This document shows, in pieces, positions 54,401 to 63,536 of a stretch of 64,000 bases of DNA. The notes under the pieces are model-generated. The model did not search any database, was not told the origin of the DNA, and saw only the letters and a program-made list of their open reading frames with translations. Origin of the DNA: Candidatus Pampinifervens sinense (GTDB lineage: Bacteria; Aquificota; Aquificia; Aquificales; Aquificaceae); contig JAXSPP010000006.1 of NCBI GenBank assembly GCA_037927135.1, positions 66,112 through 130,111 on the forward strand, written 5' to 3'. The number at the start of each line of letters is the position of its first letter. Position 1 is the first letter of the stretch. Position numbers and translations under genes: made by a program.

Positions 54401-54876
54401 TGCTCTTCTCCAAGGCTTGCATAGTATGTGGGTACACCCTTCAGGCATGCTGTTATGGCTATTAGCCCTTCATGGTATTGGCTCAAAAGCTCATAATCTA
54501 TACGTGGTTTGTAATAAAAGCCCTCTTTGTAAGAGAGGGTGGAGAGCTTCATAAGGTTTTTAAGGCCTTTGTCATCCTTTGCTATAAGGATGAGGTGATG
54601 GTTGTATCTATCCGTTATGTTATCCTCTGTGGCCTTTCCTTTCCTGTCAAAGCGCGAACCTGTGGTAAAGTATGCCTCCATACCTATCAAAGGCTTTATA
54701 CCGACAGACTTCATCTCTTTGTAAAAGTCCAAGATGCCAAAGAGGTTTCCATGGTCCGTTATGGCAACAGCTTTATAACCAAACTCTTGTGCCTTCTTTG
54801 ACAGATCCTTGATCTTTATAGCTCCATCAAGCAAAGAGTACTGAGTGTGAAGATGCAAATGGACAAAATCTTTCAT
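51412..54876 (-). CDS. dnaE: DNA polymerase III alpha subunit
   Basis: FVHLHLHTQYSLLDG, GRGSAAGS, PDIDVD and FNKSHS; no intein seen. Confidence 0.98.
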   Translation of the reverse strand: MKDFVHLHLHTQYSLLDGAIKIKDLSKKAQEFGYKAVAITDHGNLFGILDFYKEMKSVGIKPLIGMEAYFTTGSRFDRKGKATEDNITDRYNHHLILIAKDDKGLKNLMKLSTLSYKEGFYYKPRIDYELLSQYHEGLIAITACLKGVPTYYASLGEEQKAEEWVKKFLDLFGDDLYLELQSNSLPEQEVANRILIKIAKRLGVKLVATNDSHYLLPEDRLAHQVLMAIQMKKTLMEIQQGGGLKCANEGLHFASPEEVWEKFKGKFDGWEEALKNTLEVAEKTAESFDLLENKGYLLPDYPVEGSSLGELLKDLAVKGLRQRIEQGLAKDTKEYWDRLYYELDVVSSMGFEGYFLIVQDFINWAKSQGIPVGPGRGSAAGSLLAFALGITDVDPIKHGLLFERFLNPERISMPDIDVDFCMENRDRVIEYVKEKYGAEKVAQIITYNVMKAKQTLRDTARALGISYQTADTLAKLIPQGDVQGTWLNLEEMYMTPIEELLEKYGKHRIDIEENVKKFRKLCEENPEIKKLVEIALKLEGLTRHTSLHAAGVVIAPRPLEELLPLYYDKEGSVATQFDMVKLEEIGLVKMDFLGLKTLTELYKIKQMVKERHGVDIDFLRLPLDDKEVYELLREGNTTGVFQLESAGMKNLLRRLMPDNFDDIVAVLALYRPGPLKSGLVDSYINRKHGKEPIEYPFPELEPVLKETYGVWVYQEQIMKASQILAGFTPGEADTLRKAIGKKNAELMAQMKEKFIKGAVERGYDEKKIVELWEDIEKFASYSFNKSHSVAYGYLSYWTAYLKAHYPEEFFCVKLSTEKNDKKFISLLKDAKKEGFRILPPDINKSGVDFTIEDKRTIRFGLSRIKGVGEETAKLIVSCRKRPWTSLGDFVRSVESRKVNKRTLEALIKAGAFDFTGEKRSYILHRLEHGTVMFTKGLFGFKEEIREEDNSKYEKEVLGFYISSHPLDPYEELLKGRISYLEILEEVEEGTFTFAGVITDLKLKKTQKGNQIAVFNLVDKTGIAEVLVFPETLEQNREKIKEDQVIVGRFDVDMDEETEEVRLLLKEVYTPEEFLKRESTPLKLIFMKELEEDKLERLMSLIEECRDEMGSELIIELRINGYRTIMHADPRIKVGMDIVRFREELESMGIRVELF

Positions 54877-54981
54877 GTTCTATTAGCATAAAAGAGATGA
54901 AAGAGGGTGGCAAACTTCTAAAAGGCTAAACTTTGCCTTTATCTAAACCTTTACCTAAATACGAGCCATTGTGTAATTTTT

Positions 54982-55743
54982 TTACCCTGCTGGAACCTTA
55001 TACATATCTTGCGTTAGAAGGTCTACACCCACCTCAAGGTTTTCTACCCACTCTATAAATCTCCTTACCATGTCCTTGCCCTTAAAGATGGCTCCATGCT
55101 GGGGAACTATCATCTCAATATCCAAGTCTTTGACCATATTGGCCCAAAGCTTTAAAACCTTGCCACTGGCCATATACCTTCTGTGGAAACCCTCCATATA
55201 CTTTATATGCTTGTCAAAGTCCTCCACAAAGAAGTAATCTTGTCCTAAGGAGGCACCAAGGTCGCCGGAAAAAAGGATTTTGGAACATGGATCGTAAACT
55301 TGGAAGTTGCCAGGTGAGTGTAAAAAGTGAGCTGGAAGTATGTATAATTTGCAGTCTCCACCTAAGGTAAGCACTGTGCCGTTGTCATCTATAGGTTTTA
55401 CCCTTCCCTCAAGCTGTGAATCAAGTCCAAAATGGGGCAAGAACCTCATCCAGAGCTTTGAAATATATGCCTCTGCCTTTGTGGTCATAAGCCAACCATT
55501 TATGGAAGCTACTATGTCTGGATCTTGATGGGAAAGGAAGATATACCTTATCTGGCTTGGGGGTATATACATAGACAGTTCGGAAAGGAGCTTGGAAAAG
55601 ACTTTATGACCCCCTGGGTCTAAAAGCATGCCTTCATCCTTGTGAATTATAAGGACCTGATTGGCTTGAACTGCGCTCGCGGGAGTTAGTTCTTCAAAGA
55701 ATACTACCTTGTGCTCTGGCGTGTTAAAGATGACCTTTTTCAT
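54982..55743 (-). CDS. metallo-beta-lactamase fold di-iron protein (ODP/FprA-like, no flavodoxin domain)
   Basis: SHQDPD, AHFLHSPGN, LFSGD and PQHG; ATG at 55743 with SD GGAGG. Confidence 0.8.
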   Translation of the reverse strand: MKKVIFNTPEHKVVFFEELTPASAVQANQVLIIHKDEGMLLDPGGHKVFSKLLSELSMYIPPSQIRYIFLSHQDPDIVASINGWLMTTKAEAYISKLWMRFLPHFGLDSQLEGRVKPIDDNGTVLTLGGDCKLYILPAHFLHSPGNFQVYDPCSKILFSGDLGASLGQDYFFVEDFDKHIKYMEGFHRRYMASGKVLKLWANMVKDLDIEMIVPQHGAIFKGKDMVRRFIEWVENLEVGVDLLTQDMYKVPAG

Positions 55744-55825
55744 TAATACACCTCCAGCCTGATAATTATCATATAGTATACCAAAGGCTTGCACAGACTT
55801 TTGGGAGTTTTATAATTTATTAACT

Positions 55826-56641
55826 ATGTTTCAGTTTACAGAAGAGCAAATAAGGCGCTACGCAAGGCATATAATACTGCCTGAGGTTGGTGGAAAGGGT
55901 CAAGAGAAGCTTTTAAAGTCTAAGGTATTAGTTATAGGAGCTGGTGGTCTTGGTTCTCCAGCCATATATTACCTTGCTGCCGCAGGGGTTGGAACAATTG
56001 GTATAGTAGATTTTGATGTGGTGGACCTCTCTAACCTCCAAAGACAGATACTTCATTCCACAGAAAGGGTAGGGATTCCCAAGGTAGAGTCTGCGCGCAT
56101 GACTGTGGAAAAGCTAAATCCAGATGTGAAGGTGATAACCTACAACACTATGATAAACAAGTCCAATGTGATGGACATAATAAAAGACTATGATGTGGTC
56201 CTTGATGGAACGGATAACTTCCCAACGAGGTTCCTTATAAACGATGCCTGCTACTTTCTTGGAAAGCCTCTTGTCTCTGCCGCTATGCTGAGGTTTGAAG
56301 GACAGATCTCCGTTTTTGACTTCAGAAACAAGGAACAATCTCCCTGCTACAGGTGTCTCTATCCAGAACCGCCACCACCTGGTTTGGTTCCCTCCTGTCA
56401 GGAGGCAGGTATACTCGGATCCATAGGTGGAATTATGGGTTGTATTCAGGCAACAGAGGCCATAAAGCTACTCCTCGGTATAGGTGAACCGCTGGTAGGT
56501 AAACTCCTTATAATGGATGCCCTCTCTATGGACTTTAGGAAGGTAAAACTGCGCAAGGATCCCAATTGTCCCCTCTGTGGTAAAAACCCAACCATAAAAG
56601 AGCTGATAGAGTATGAGCAGGTGTGTGATGTTCACTTTTAG
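55826..56641 (+). CDS. moeB: molybdopterin-synthase adenylyltransferase MoeB/ThiF
   Basis: RYARH, GAGGLG, SNLQRQ, CYRC and CPLC motifs. Confidence 0.88.
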   Translation: MFQFTEEQIRRYARHIILPEVGGKGQEKLLKSKVLVIGAGGLGSPAIYYLAAAGVGTIGIVDFDVVDLSNLQRQILHSTERVGIPKVESARMTVEKLNPDVKVITYNTMINKSNVMDIIKDYDVVLDGTDNFPTRFLINDACYFLGKPLVSAAMLRFEGQISVFDFRNKEQSPCYRCLYPEPPPPGLVPSCQEAGILGSIGGIMGCIQATEAIKLLLGIGEPLVGKLLIMDALSMDFRKVKLRKDPNCPLCGKNPTIKELIEYEQVCDVHF

Positions 56642-56647
56642 GAGACG

Positions 56648-56977
56648 GTGATGGATCTTATAGGTATTGAGGACTTTTTAAAGCTGGATATAAGGCTTGC
56701 CAGGATAATTTCTGCGGAAAGGGTAGAAGGGTCGGAGAAGCTTTTAAAGTTAAGGGTTTCTCTTGGAGAGGAAGAAAGGACCTTGGTGGCAGGCATAGCT
56801 AAGTTCTACAGCCCTGAGGAGCTTATAGGAAAAAAAGTGCTTATGCTTGCCAACCTAAAGCCTAGAAAGATCTTCGGTATAGAATCTCAGGGTATGATAC
56901 TTGCCCTCTCCGATGGTGAGAACCTTTCCCTTATAGTGCCAGATAGGGATATCAAGGAAGGTGCTAAGGCAAGTTGA
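56648..56977 (+). CDS. Trbp111 / methionyl-tRNA synthetase C-terminal (beta) domain protein
   Basis: DFLKLDIR, KLLKL.V.LG and NLKPRKIFGIESQGMIL. Confidence 0.9.
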   Translation: MMDLIGIEDFLKLDIRLARIISAERVEGSEKLLKLRVSLGEEERTLVAGIAKFYSPEELIGKKVLMLANLKPRKIFGIESQGMILALSDGENLSLIVPDRDIKEGAKAS

Positions 56978-56986
56978 TATTTAATT

Positions 56987-57330
56987 TGGTGGAGGCGGCG
57001 GGAATCGAACCCGCGTCCGAGAACCTTCGGATCACAGGGCCTCTACAGGCTTAGCCAGTGTTTCCTTTAACCCTATGGGTGTCCACTGGCAAACCCCATA
57101 GGGCGAGCAGGGATCCTCTTTCAGCTTGGTCTGTCCCTGCAACAGACCAAGCCTACACCCCTGATCTCTTAACCCTTCCCACAGCCCAGGGGCCAGGCCA
57201 TGGGAGAGCCGCTGCCATCAATTAGGCAGCGAGAGCGAGTTCCCTTTCGGGAAGTGTTTTAGGCGGCTGTTAAGGTTGCCACCCTGCCTGCAACCCTGTC
57301 CTACGGTCCCCGTCGAACCCATTCGCCCCC
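56987..57330 (-). ncRNA. ssrA: transfer-messenger RNA
   Basis: 5' GGGGGCGAATGGGTTCGACGGGG; 3' GGTTCGATTCCCGCCGCCTCCACCA; tag frame ending ELALAA-TAA (57254-57222). Confidence 0.96.
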
Positions 57331-57350
57331 TTAGGGAACTCACTTTATAA

Positions 57351-57378
57351 AGTATAGCAACCCTTTATGAATTGTCAA
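57351..57378 (-). promoter_or_regulatory. tmRNA promoter
   Basis: Minus strand TTGACA-16 bp-TATACT with an extended TG, about 20 bp upstream of the mature 5' end. Confidence 0.75.
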
Positions 57379-58655
57379 GGCCTCAGAAGTCCAAAGCTGT
57401 AAAGAGCGGCGAGGTCTGCACAGGCTATAGCATTACCCATATTGCAAGCCTTTTCTAAAAACTCCCTTGCTTTAGAATAGTCGCGAACAACACCATTGCC
57501 ATTAACATACATAGTACCAAGTCTTCCGCAGGCGAAAGCATTTCCACCATCACAAGCTTTTCTGAGAAGTTCCGTAGCCTTAGAATAATTCCTTTGATCG
57601 CCTTTTGCCTCTATATACAAGTTTCCAAGGCTTGCACAGGCCATAGGATTGTCCATACTACAAGCCTTTTGAAGTAGATCCATGGCCCTAGGTATATTCC
57701 TTTGGTTACCCTTTCCCTCCAAGTATATGTTTGCCAAATCAATACATGCATTTGTATTGCCAAGGTTGCAAGCCCTTTGATAGAACTCTATAGCCTTTAT
57801 GTATATATTTTCCTTATTTATCACTTCTGCTTGAATAGTAGCCAGCTTATAACATCCGTTGGGGTCTCCAAAGTTGCACGCCTTTTGATAGTTTTCCAAA
57901 GCCTTTTGAAGGTCCTGGTTTATATAGTAGCTAATTTCCCCAAGCCTAAAGCATGCCATACTGTTTCCTAGATTGCATGCTCTTTGGTAGAAAAATTCAG
58001 ACATGGCTAAAAGGTCTCCATTCTTTACTTGACCATAGTAATACATATCGCCAAGCCTATAGCATGAAAGGTTATTCCCCATCCTACAGGCTTTTTGATA
58101 GTACTCCAATGCTTCGTTATAATCTTGTTTTATATCTCTGCCATAATAGTACATATCCCCAAGCCTATAACAGGCCATATTGTTCCCCATCCTACAAGCT
58201 CTTTCATAAAGCTCTTTTATCCTTGTATCCACAGCCACAGGCTCCTTCTGTTGGCTGATCAATGGGAAGGTTGTTAACGATTGCCTTTCTTGTACTTCTT
58301 CTACTTCAGGATAGCTTTTCCTTTGAATCATTTCGCTATGCAAAGCTGTGACCTTCTGCCTTTGTCTGTAATGGTTGAGATCCTTCTTCTCCCTCCTTTT
58401 TGCAGGCAATCTATACTCACGTCTTCCTATGTTGACCATTGCACAAGCTTTCCTATAAAGGCTTATAGCTTTCCTGTAGTCTTGAGGTACCCCTCTTCCT
58501 TCTGCATACATATCACCAAGCTCTATACAGCTTTTGGCATCTCCCCTTTTACACGCACTTTCAAGACCCTCTATACTTTGAGCCTTCGCACTAAATAAAA
58601 CACCCCCTGCAAAGCCTCCTATCAAGATAAAATTTAGAAATTTCCTTTGCAGCAT
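57375..58655 (-). CDS. secreted SEL1-like repeat protein (Hcp-like, Cys-paired repeats)
   Basis: Signal peptide; repeated KAC.xG...(A/S)C..LG.MY..G units. Confidence 0.88.
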   Translation of the reverse strand: MLQRKFLNFILIGGFAGGVLFSAKAQSIEGLESACKRGDAKSCIELGDMYAEGRGVPQDYRKAISLYRKACAMVNIGRREYRLPAKRREKKDLNHYRQRQKVTALHSEMIQRKSYPEVEEVQERQSLTTFPLISQQKEPVAVDTRIKELYERACRMGNNMACYRLGDMYYYGRDIKQDYNEALEYYQKACRMGNNLSCYRLGDMYYYGQVKNGDLLAMSEFFYQRACNLGNSMACFRLGEISYYINQDLQKALENYQKACNFGDPNGCYKLATIQAEVINKENIYIKAIEFYQRACNLGNTNACIDLANIYLEGKGNQRNIPRAMDLLQKACSMDNPMACASLGNLYIEAKGDQRNYSKATELLRKACDGGNAFACGRLGTMYVNGNGVVRDYSKAREFLEKACNMGNAIACADLAALYSFGLLRP

Positions 58656-58711
58656 AGTCTTTCCTCCACAAAGCCTATTTGCTTATAATTTTATCAGTTA
58701 AAATAGTATAG

Positions 58712-59950
58712 ATGAAAATTTTGGTAGTTAAGTTTGGTGGAACATCCGTTGGAAGCCTGGAAAGGATTCAAAACGCAGCTCAAAGGGTAATCCAAAAGCT
58801 AAAGGAAGGCTATAAAGTGGTTGTTGTTTCCTCCGCCATGGCAGGTGAGACAGACAGGCTTATAAACCTTGCAAAGCAGATAGACCCTATGCCGCCAGAA
58901 AGGGAGCTGGATATGCTTATCTCCACGGGAGAACAGCAAGCCATTGCCTTATTTGCCATGACCCTTCAGAAGCTGGGAGTGCCAGCGGTAAGCCTTTGTG
59001 GCTGGCAGCTACCCATAATAACCGACAACGTCCATACAAAGGCAAGGATAAAGAAGATAGGCATTCAGAGGATAAAGAACCTTTTGAACGAAGGCTATAC
59101 ACCTGTGGTGGCTGGCTTTCAGGGTGTAACGGAAGATTGGGAGATAACTACCCTTGGAAGAGGGGGATCGGACCTGTCTGCAGTAGCTTTAGCCTATGCC
59201 TTAGGTGCAGATTGTGAGATATACACGGATGTGGAAGGGGTTTTTACAGCGGACCCAAGGATAGTTCCTAACGCAAAGAAGATCCCTGTAATATCCTACG
59301 AAGAAATGCTAGAGATGGCCTCCCTTGGCGCTAAAGTTATGCAGGCAAGGAGCATAGAATTTGCTATGAAATATAATGTAAGGATACATGTGAGGAGCTC
59401 CTTTAACGACAGTGAGGGCACATGGATAGTTCCAGAGGAGGAGGTCATGGAAAAAAGCGTTGTAAGGGCCATAACCTTGGAGAGAAACGAGTCAAGGATA
59501 ACGGTAGTAAGGGTGCCAGACAGACCAGGTATAGCCTACAAGATCTTTAAGGCTTTGGGGGATGCTCACATAGTGGTGGATATGATAGTACAAAACGTTT
59601 CCCATCAGGGTTATACAGACCTTTCCTTTACGGTGAACAAGGCTGATGCTCTCAAGGCGGAGCAGATTGTAAAGAAAGTAGCCCAGGAGATAGGGGCTCA
59701 AGAGGTGGTAAGGGATGACAGAATAGCTAAGGTCTCTGTGGTGGGTATAGGCATGAGGAGCTCCTATGGCACAGCTGCCAAAGTCTTTGAGGTCCTATAC
59801 AGGAATAACATAAACATAATGGCCATATCCACATCGGAGATAAAGATCTCTTGCCTTATAGAGGACAAATATGGAGAGCTCGCGGTAAGGGAGCTTCATT
59901 CCGCTTTTATAGAAGAGGGAGAGGAGGTAAAGATAGTTGACGAGTCTTGA
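58712..59950 (+). CDS. lysC: aspartate kinase
   Basis: [21 protein letters not shown] and two ACT domains. Confidence 0.96.
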   Translation: MKILVVKFGGTSVGSLERIQNAAQRVIQKLKEGYKVVVVSSAMAGETDRLINLAKQIDPMPPERELDMLISTGEQQAIALFAMTLQKLGVPAVSLCGWQLPIITDNVHTKARIKKIGIQRIKNLLNEGYTPVVAGFQGVTEDWEITTLGRGGSDLSAVALAYALGADCEIYTDVEGVFTADPRIVPNAKKIPVISYEEMLEMASLGAKVMQARSIEFAMKYNVRIHVRSSFNDSEGTWIVPEEEVMEKSVVRAITLERNESRITVVRVPDRPGIAYKIFKALGDAHIVVDMIVQNVSHQGYTDLSFTVNKADALKAEQIVKKVAQEIGAQEVVRDDRIAKVSVVGIGMRSSYGTAAKVFEVLYRNNINIMAISTSEIKISCLIEDKYGELAVRELHSAFIEEGEEVKIVDES

Positions 59951-60890
59951 CAGAGAAGAGCTTCTGAAGATCTTTGATGAGTTCAAAAGGCTTAAGGTCC
60001 TTGTTGTAGGTGATGTAATACTTGATAGATATGTCTTTGGTAAGGTGGAGAGGATCTCTCCAGAGGCTCCCGTTCCTGTGGTGGAGGTACAAAGGGAAGA
60101 GTTCAGGCTTGGCGGTGCGGGGAATGTGGCCCATAACCTCTCAAGCCTTGGAGTAAGGGTATACCTTCTTGGTGTGGTTGGTCAAGATTATGGAAGACAT
60201 ATTATAAGGGGTCTTCTGAAGGAGGTGGGCGTTGAGGACCTGACGGTGGAGGACCCTCACAGGCCTACCACAGAAAAGACACGCATAGTGGCTGTATCTC
60301 AACAGCTTCTCAGGGTGGATGTAGAGGAGAGAAGGGCTTTGGAAGGTGAAGTTCTAAAGAAGGTGCTTGAGAGGCTTGATCTGGATGTAGATGGAATAAT
60401 AGTCTCCGATTATGCAAAAGGTGTGGTGGTTAAAAGCCTTATGGACAGGATAAGGGAAAAGAGGGTGTTTTTTGCTGTTGATCCAAGGCCTCAGAACAAG
60501 CATCTGTATGTGGGTGCAAGCCTTATGACTCCAAACGAAAAAGAGGCTATGGCCATGGGCAATGAAGAGTCTTTGCAAGGCCTTGGCTGGAAGTTAAAGA
60601 GAGAGCTGAGCCTGAATACTCTTGTGATAACCCTTGGGCCAAGGGGCATGGCCCTTTTTGACAAGGAATATAAGGTCTTTCCAGCGAGGGCAAAGCAGGT
60701 GTATGATGTTTCTGGAGCTGGCGATACGGTGGTGGCGGTGCTTACGGCCTGTGCCCTCATAGGCTTGGGTTGGGACAAAGCCTGTGAGCTTGCCAACCTG
60801 TGCGCTGGCATTGTGGTAGGAAAGCTTGGTACGGCCGTAGTAAAGCCTGAAGAGGTTCTTCAAAGCCTTGAGGAAGGGTGCAGAGTTTGA
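59937..60890 (+). CDS. rfaE1: D-glycero-beta-D-manno-heptose-7-phosphate kinase (RfaE domain I)
   Basis: [23 protein letters not shown] and DVSGAGDT motifs. Confidence 0.92.
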   Translation: MTSLDREELLKIFDEFKRLKVLVVGDVILDRYVFGKVERISPEAPVPVVEVQREEFRLGGAGNVAHNLSSLGVRVYLLGVVGQDYGRHIIRGLLKEVGVEDLTVEDPHRPTTEKTRIVAVSQQLLRVDVEERRALEGEVLKKVLERLDLDVDGIIVSDYAKGVVVKSLMDRIREKRVFFAVDPRPQNKHLYVGASLMTPNEKEAMAMGNEESLQGLGWKLKRELSLNTLVITLGPRGMALFDKEYKVFPARAKQVYDVSGAGDTVVAVLTACALIGLGWDKACELANLCAGIVVGKLGTAVVKPEEVLQSLEEGCRV

Positions 60891-61197
60891 AGACCTAGCT
60901 GTAGCATACCTAAAAAGCCTTGGCTACAAAATACTCCACAGAAATTACCATTGTAGGTTTGGTGAGATAGACCTTGTGGCCAAAAGTGGTAATACTCTGG
61001 TCTTTGTGGAGGTAAAAGGTGGAAGGAGCAAAGCCTTTGGAGACCCAGCGGAGAGGGTGGACAAAAGGAAGATGGAAAGGCTTTTAAAATGCATAGAGGA
61101 GTACATTTCAAAGTATGGGGTGGTGGACTACAGGCTGGAGGTGGTGATCGTAAGGGGTAAGGAGGTGGAACACATAAGGGAAGTGGAGCTATTTTAG
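60868..61197 (+). CDS. YraN family protein
   Basis: G..FE..A..YL, GEIDLVA and LVFVEVK. Confidence 0.9.
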   Translation: MRKGAEFEDLAVAYLKSLGYKILHRNYHCRFGEIDLVAKSGNTLVFVEVKGGRSKAFGDPAERVDKRKMERLLKCIEEYISKYGVVDYRLEVVIVRGKEVEHIREVELF

Positions 61198-61971
61198 GGC
61201 TTTAAAGGCCCTTTTAAAAATTTCAAAAAGAGCTTTAGTATCAAGGCAATTTCTTTCTTGACACACTTGGGGAAAGCAAGGACTACATTCTAAAGAAAGG
61301 CTTATCTGAAAGACCCTTTCTCCTATGGGTCTCCAAACTACTGGATCTGTGGGGCCGTAGAAGATGAAGGTGGGAAGACCGCAGTAGCTTGCAAGATGAG
61401 AAATTCCGCTGTCATTTCCCACAAAAAGCCTTGCGCCCTTTAGCGCTTTGGCTATCTCAAGGGGAGAAAAGCTTTCAAAGTAGTTTTTAACATAATCCTT
61501 TAGCCATTGGTCCGCTTCACCTATCAAATACATCGTTTTAAAGCCTTGTCCTTTCAAAAAGTCTTCTATTCTGAGGAAAAGATCAAGGGGTGGGTTTTTC
61601 TTTGGGGACCCGCTGGAGGGGTGAAGCACGGCACAATCTTGTAAGGGGCTTTTTTCAAAGGGTTCTATGGGCAAAACCTTAGAAAAATTGCCAGATAGCT
61701 TGAGGCTTTTAAGGTAGTGTTCCACAAGCCATACCCTTTTTTCTGGAAAGGGCTTTACATTACCATCATGGGCTATTATTATCCTTTCTTCAAACTCCTC
61801 CTTTGGAACTTCCGAGCTTATAAAGTCTGCCCAGCCTATCTCCCTTGCAATGGCAAAGTAGTCTGTGTTTCCTACTGCCCATATTTTTTTGCCAGACTTT
61901 TTTAAAATTTCAAGGATTGGAAAGGTGAGGAGTGTATCTCCAAGACCCCCACGCCTATAAAACAAGAGCAT
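61189..61971 (-). CDS. glycosyltransferase family 9 (heptosyltransferase-like)
   Basis: GGLGDTLL, HPSSGSPKK, GNDSGISHLA and YGPT motifs. Confidence 0.88.
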   Translation of the reverse strand: MLLFYRRGGLGDTLLTFPILEILKKSGKKIWAVGNTDYFAIAREIGWADFISSEVPKEEFEERIIIAHDGNVKPFPEKRVWLVEHYLKSLKLSGNFSKVLPIEPFEKSPLQDCAVLHPSSGSPKKNPPLDLFLRIEDFLKGQGFKTMYLIGEADQWLKDYVKNYFESFSPLEIAKALKGARLFVGNDSGISHLASYCGLPTFIFYGPTDPVVWRPIGERVFQISLSLECSPCFPQVCQERNCLDTKALFEIFKRAFKALK

Positions 61972-62000
61972 GTTATAATTCTCTATAAGGAGGTCTGCCA

Positions 62001-62333
62001 GTGAAAAGCACCATTGATATCAATCTCATGGAAGAGTTATCCAACCTTGAATATTTTATTGTAAAAACGCCGGTAAACAGTCCAGAGTTCTGGAAGGAAT
62101 GGCAAGAAAAATACTCCAGAGCCTATGTCTCTAAAATAGCGGTGAAAAAACTTCTAAAGACAAAAAGGCTTACCTACGAGGACATAAAAAGGTATAGGGC
62201 CATGCTGGAGATGTATGAGGGTCTTTTACTTTACCTTGAAAGCCTAAAAAGGCTTGCCCTAAAGCTAAGAGGTGTTATTGAAATAAGCGATAGGTCAGAG
62301 CTTGACGATGAAGATATAGACTTTGACTTCTGA
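62001..62333 (+). CDS. hypothetical protein, 110 aa, acidic C-terminus
   Basis: GTG start with strong SD AAGGAGG; upstream of pgk. Confidence 0.7.
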   Translation: MKSTIDINLMEELSNLEYFIVKTPVNSPEFWKEWQEKYSRAYVSKIAVKKLLKTKRLTYEDIKRYRAMLEMYEGLLLYLESLKRLALKLRGVIEISDRSELDDEDIDFDF

Positions 62334-62345
62334 AGGGAGGCCAGC

Positions 62346-63536
62346 ATGCCCTTTAGGAAGAAGACTTTGAGGGATGTGGATGTAAGGGGTAAAAGGGTGC
62401 TTGTAAGGGTGGATTTTAACGTGCCCATGGACGAGTTTGGAAACATTGAGGATGACACGAGGATAAGGGCAAGTCTTCCCACCATTGAATACCTTTTGGA
62501 TGCAAAGGCAAAGATCATCCTTATGTCCCACCTTGGAAGGCCAAAGGGAAGGGATGAGAGGTTTAGTCTTTTACCTGTAGCAAAAAGATTATCTAGATAC
62601 CTAAACAGGGAGGTTAAAATGTTGCCCGACTGTGTGGGAGAGGAGGTGGAGAAGGTGGTCTACAACATGAAGGAGGGGGAAGTAGTTCTTCTGGAGAATT
62701 TGAGGTTCCATGAGGGAGAAAGCAAGGGAAGCGAGGAGTTTGCCAAGGCTTTGGCAAGGCTTGGTGAGGTCTATGTGAGCGATGCCTTTGGCACATGTCA
62801 CAGAAAGCATGCCTCTGTATACCTTGTGCCACAGATATTAAAGCCTGCGGTTATGGGCTTTTTGCTTGAAAAGGAGATAAGCTATTTTGAAAGGGCCATG
62901 GTAAACCCACAAAGGCCAGTGGTGGCCATCATTGGCGGTGCCAAGGTCTCTTCCAAGCTGGGCATAATAAAGAACCTTCTCAAGAGGGTGGATAAGCTCT
63001 TTATAGGTGGTGCCATGGCCTTTACCTTTATAAAGGCATTAGGCTACAAAGTGGGAAGCTCCTTAGTGGAAGAAGACCTTCTTGATACGGCAAGGGATAT
63101 ACTGGAGATAGCCAAAAAGCTGGATGTAAGGCTCTATCTTCCTGTGGACTTTGTGATAGGAAAAGAAGTTTCTGACAACACACCCACAAAGGTGGTGCCT
63201 TGGCAGGAAATACCCGATGGGTGGATGGGCCTTGACATAGGGCCAGTCTCTGTAGCCCTTTTGAGGGAGATCATCTCAGACGCCCAAACCATAGTTTGGA
63301 ACGGCCCCATGGGAGTTTTTGAGCTGGATAGGTTTAAGGACGGCACCTACGAGACGGCAAAGATGCTTGCTCAGTCTCCTGCTCTTACCATAGCGGGAGG
63401 CGGCGATACGGACCATGCCATCCACAGGGCTGGAGTCTATAACGCCATAGACTTTGTATCCACTGGCGGTGGTGCCTTTTTGGAGCTTCTTGAGGGCAAC
63501 AGCCTACCATGTATAGAAGTGTTGGACGATGCATAA
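62346..63536 (+). CDS. pgk: phosphoglycerate kinase
   Basis: RVDFNVP, SHLGRP, LLENLRF, GGAKVS and STGGGA motifs. Confidence 0.98.
   Translation: MPFRKKTLRDVDVRGKRVLVRVDFNVPMDEFGNIEDDTRIRASLPTIEYLLDAKAKIILMSHLGRPKGRDERFSLLPVAKRLSRYLNREVKMLPDCVGEEVEKVVYNMKEGEVVLLENLRFHEGESKGSEEFAKALARLGEVYVSDAFGTCHRKHASVYLVPQILKPAVMGFLLEKEISYFERAMVNPQRPVVAIIGGAKVSSKLGIIKNLLKRVDKLFIGGAMAFTFIKALGYKVGSSLVEEDLLDTARDILEIAKKLDVRLYLPVDFVIGKEVSDNTPTKVVPWQEIPDGWMGLDIGPVSVALLREIISDAQTIVWNGPMGVFELDRFKDGTYETAKMLAQSPALTIAGGGDTDHAIHRAGVYNAIDFVSTGGGAFLELLEGNSLPCIEVLDDA

Noticed and set aside
51412-54876. Intein or split in dnaE
   Set aside because: Normal length and continuous motifs.
56940-56990. tmRNA 3' end as an integration site
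   Set aside because: It is flanked directly by the Trbp111 gene; no integrase or duplicated 3' fragment seen.
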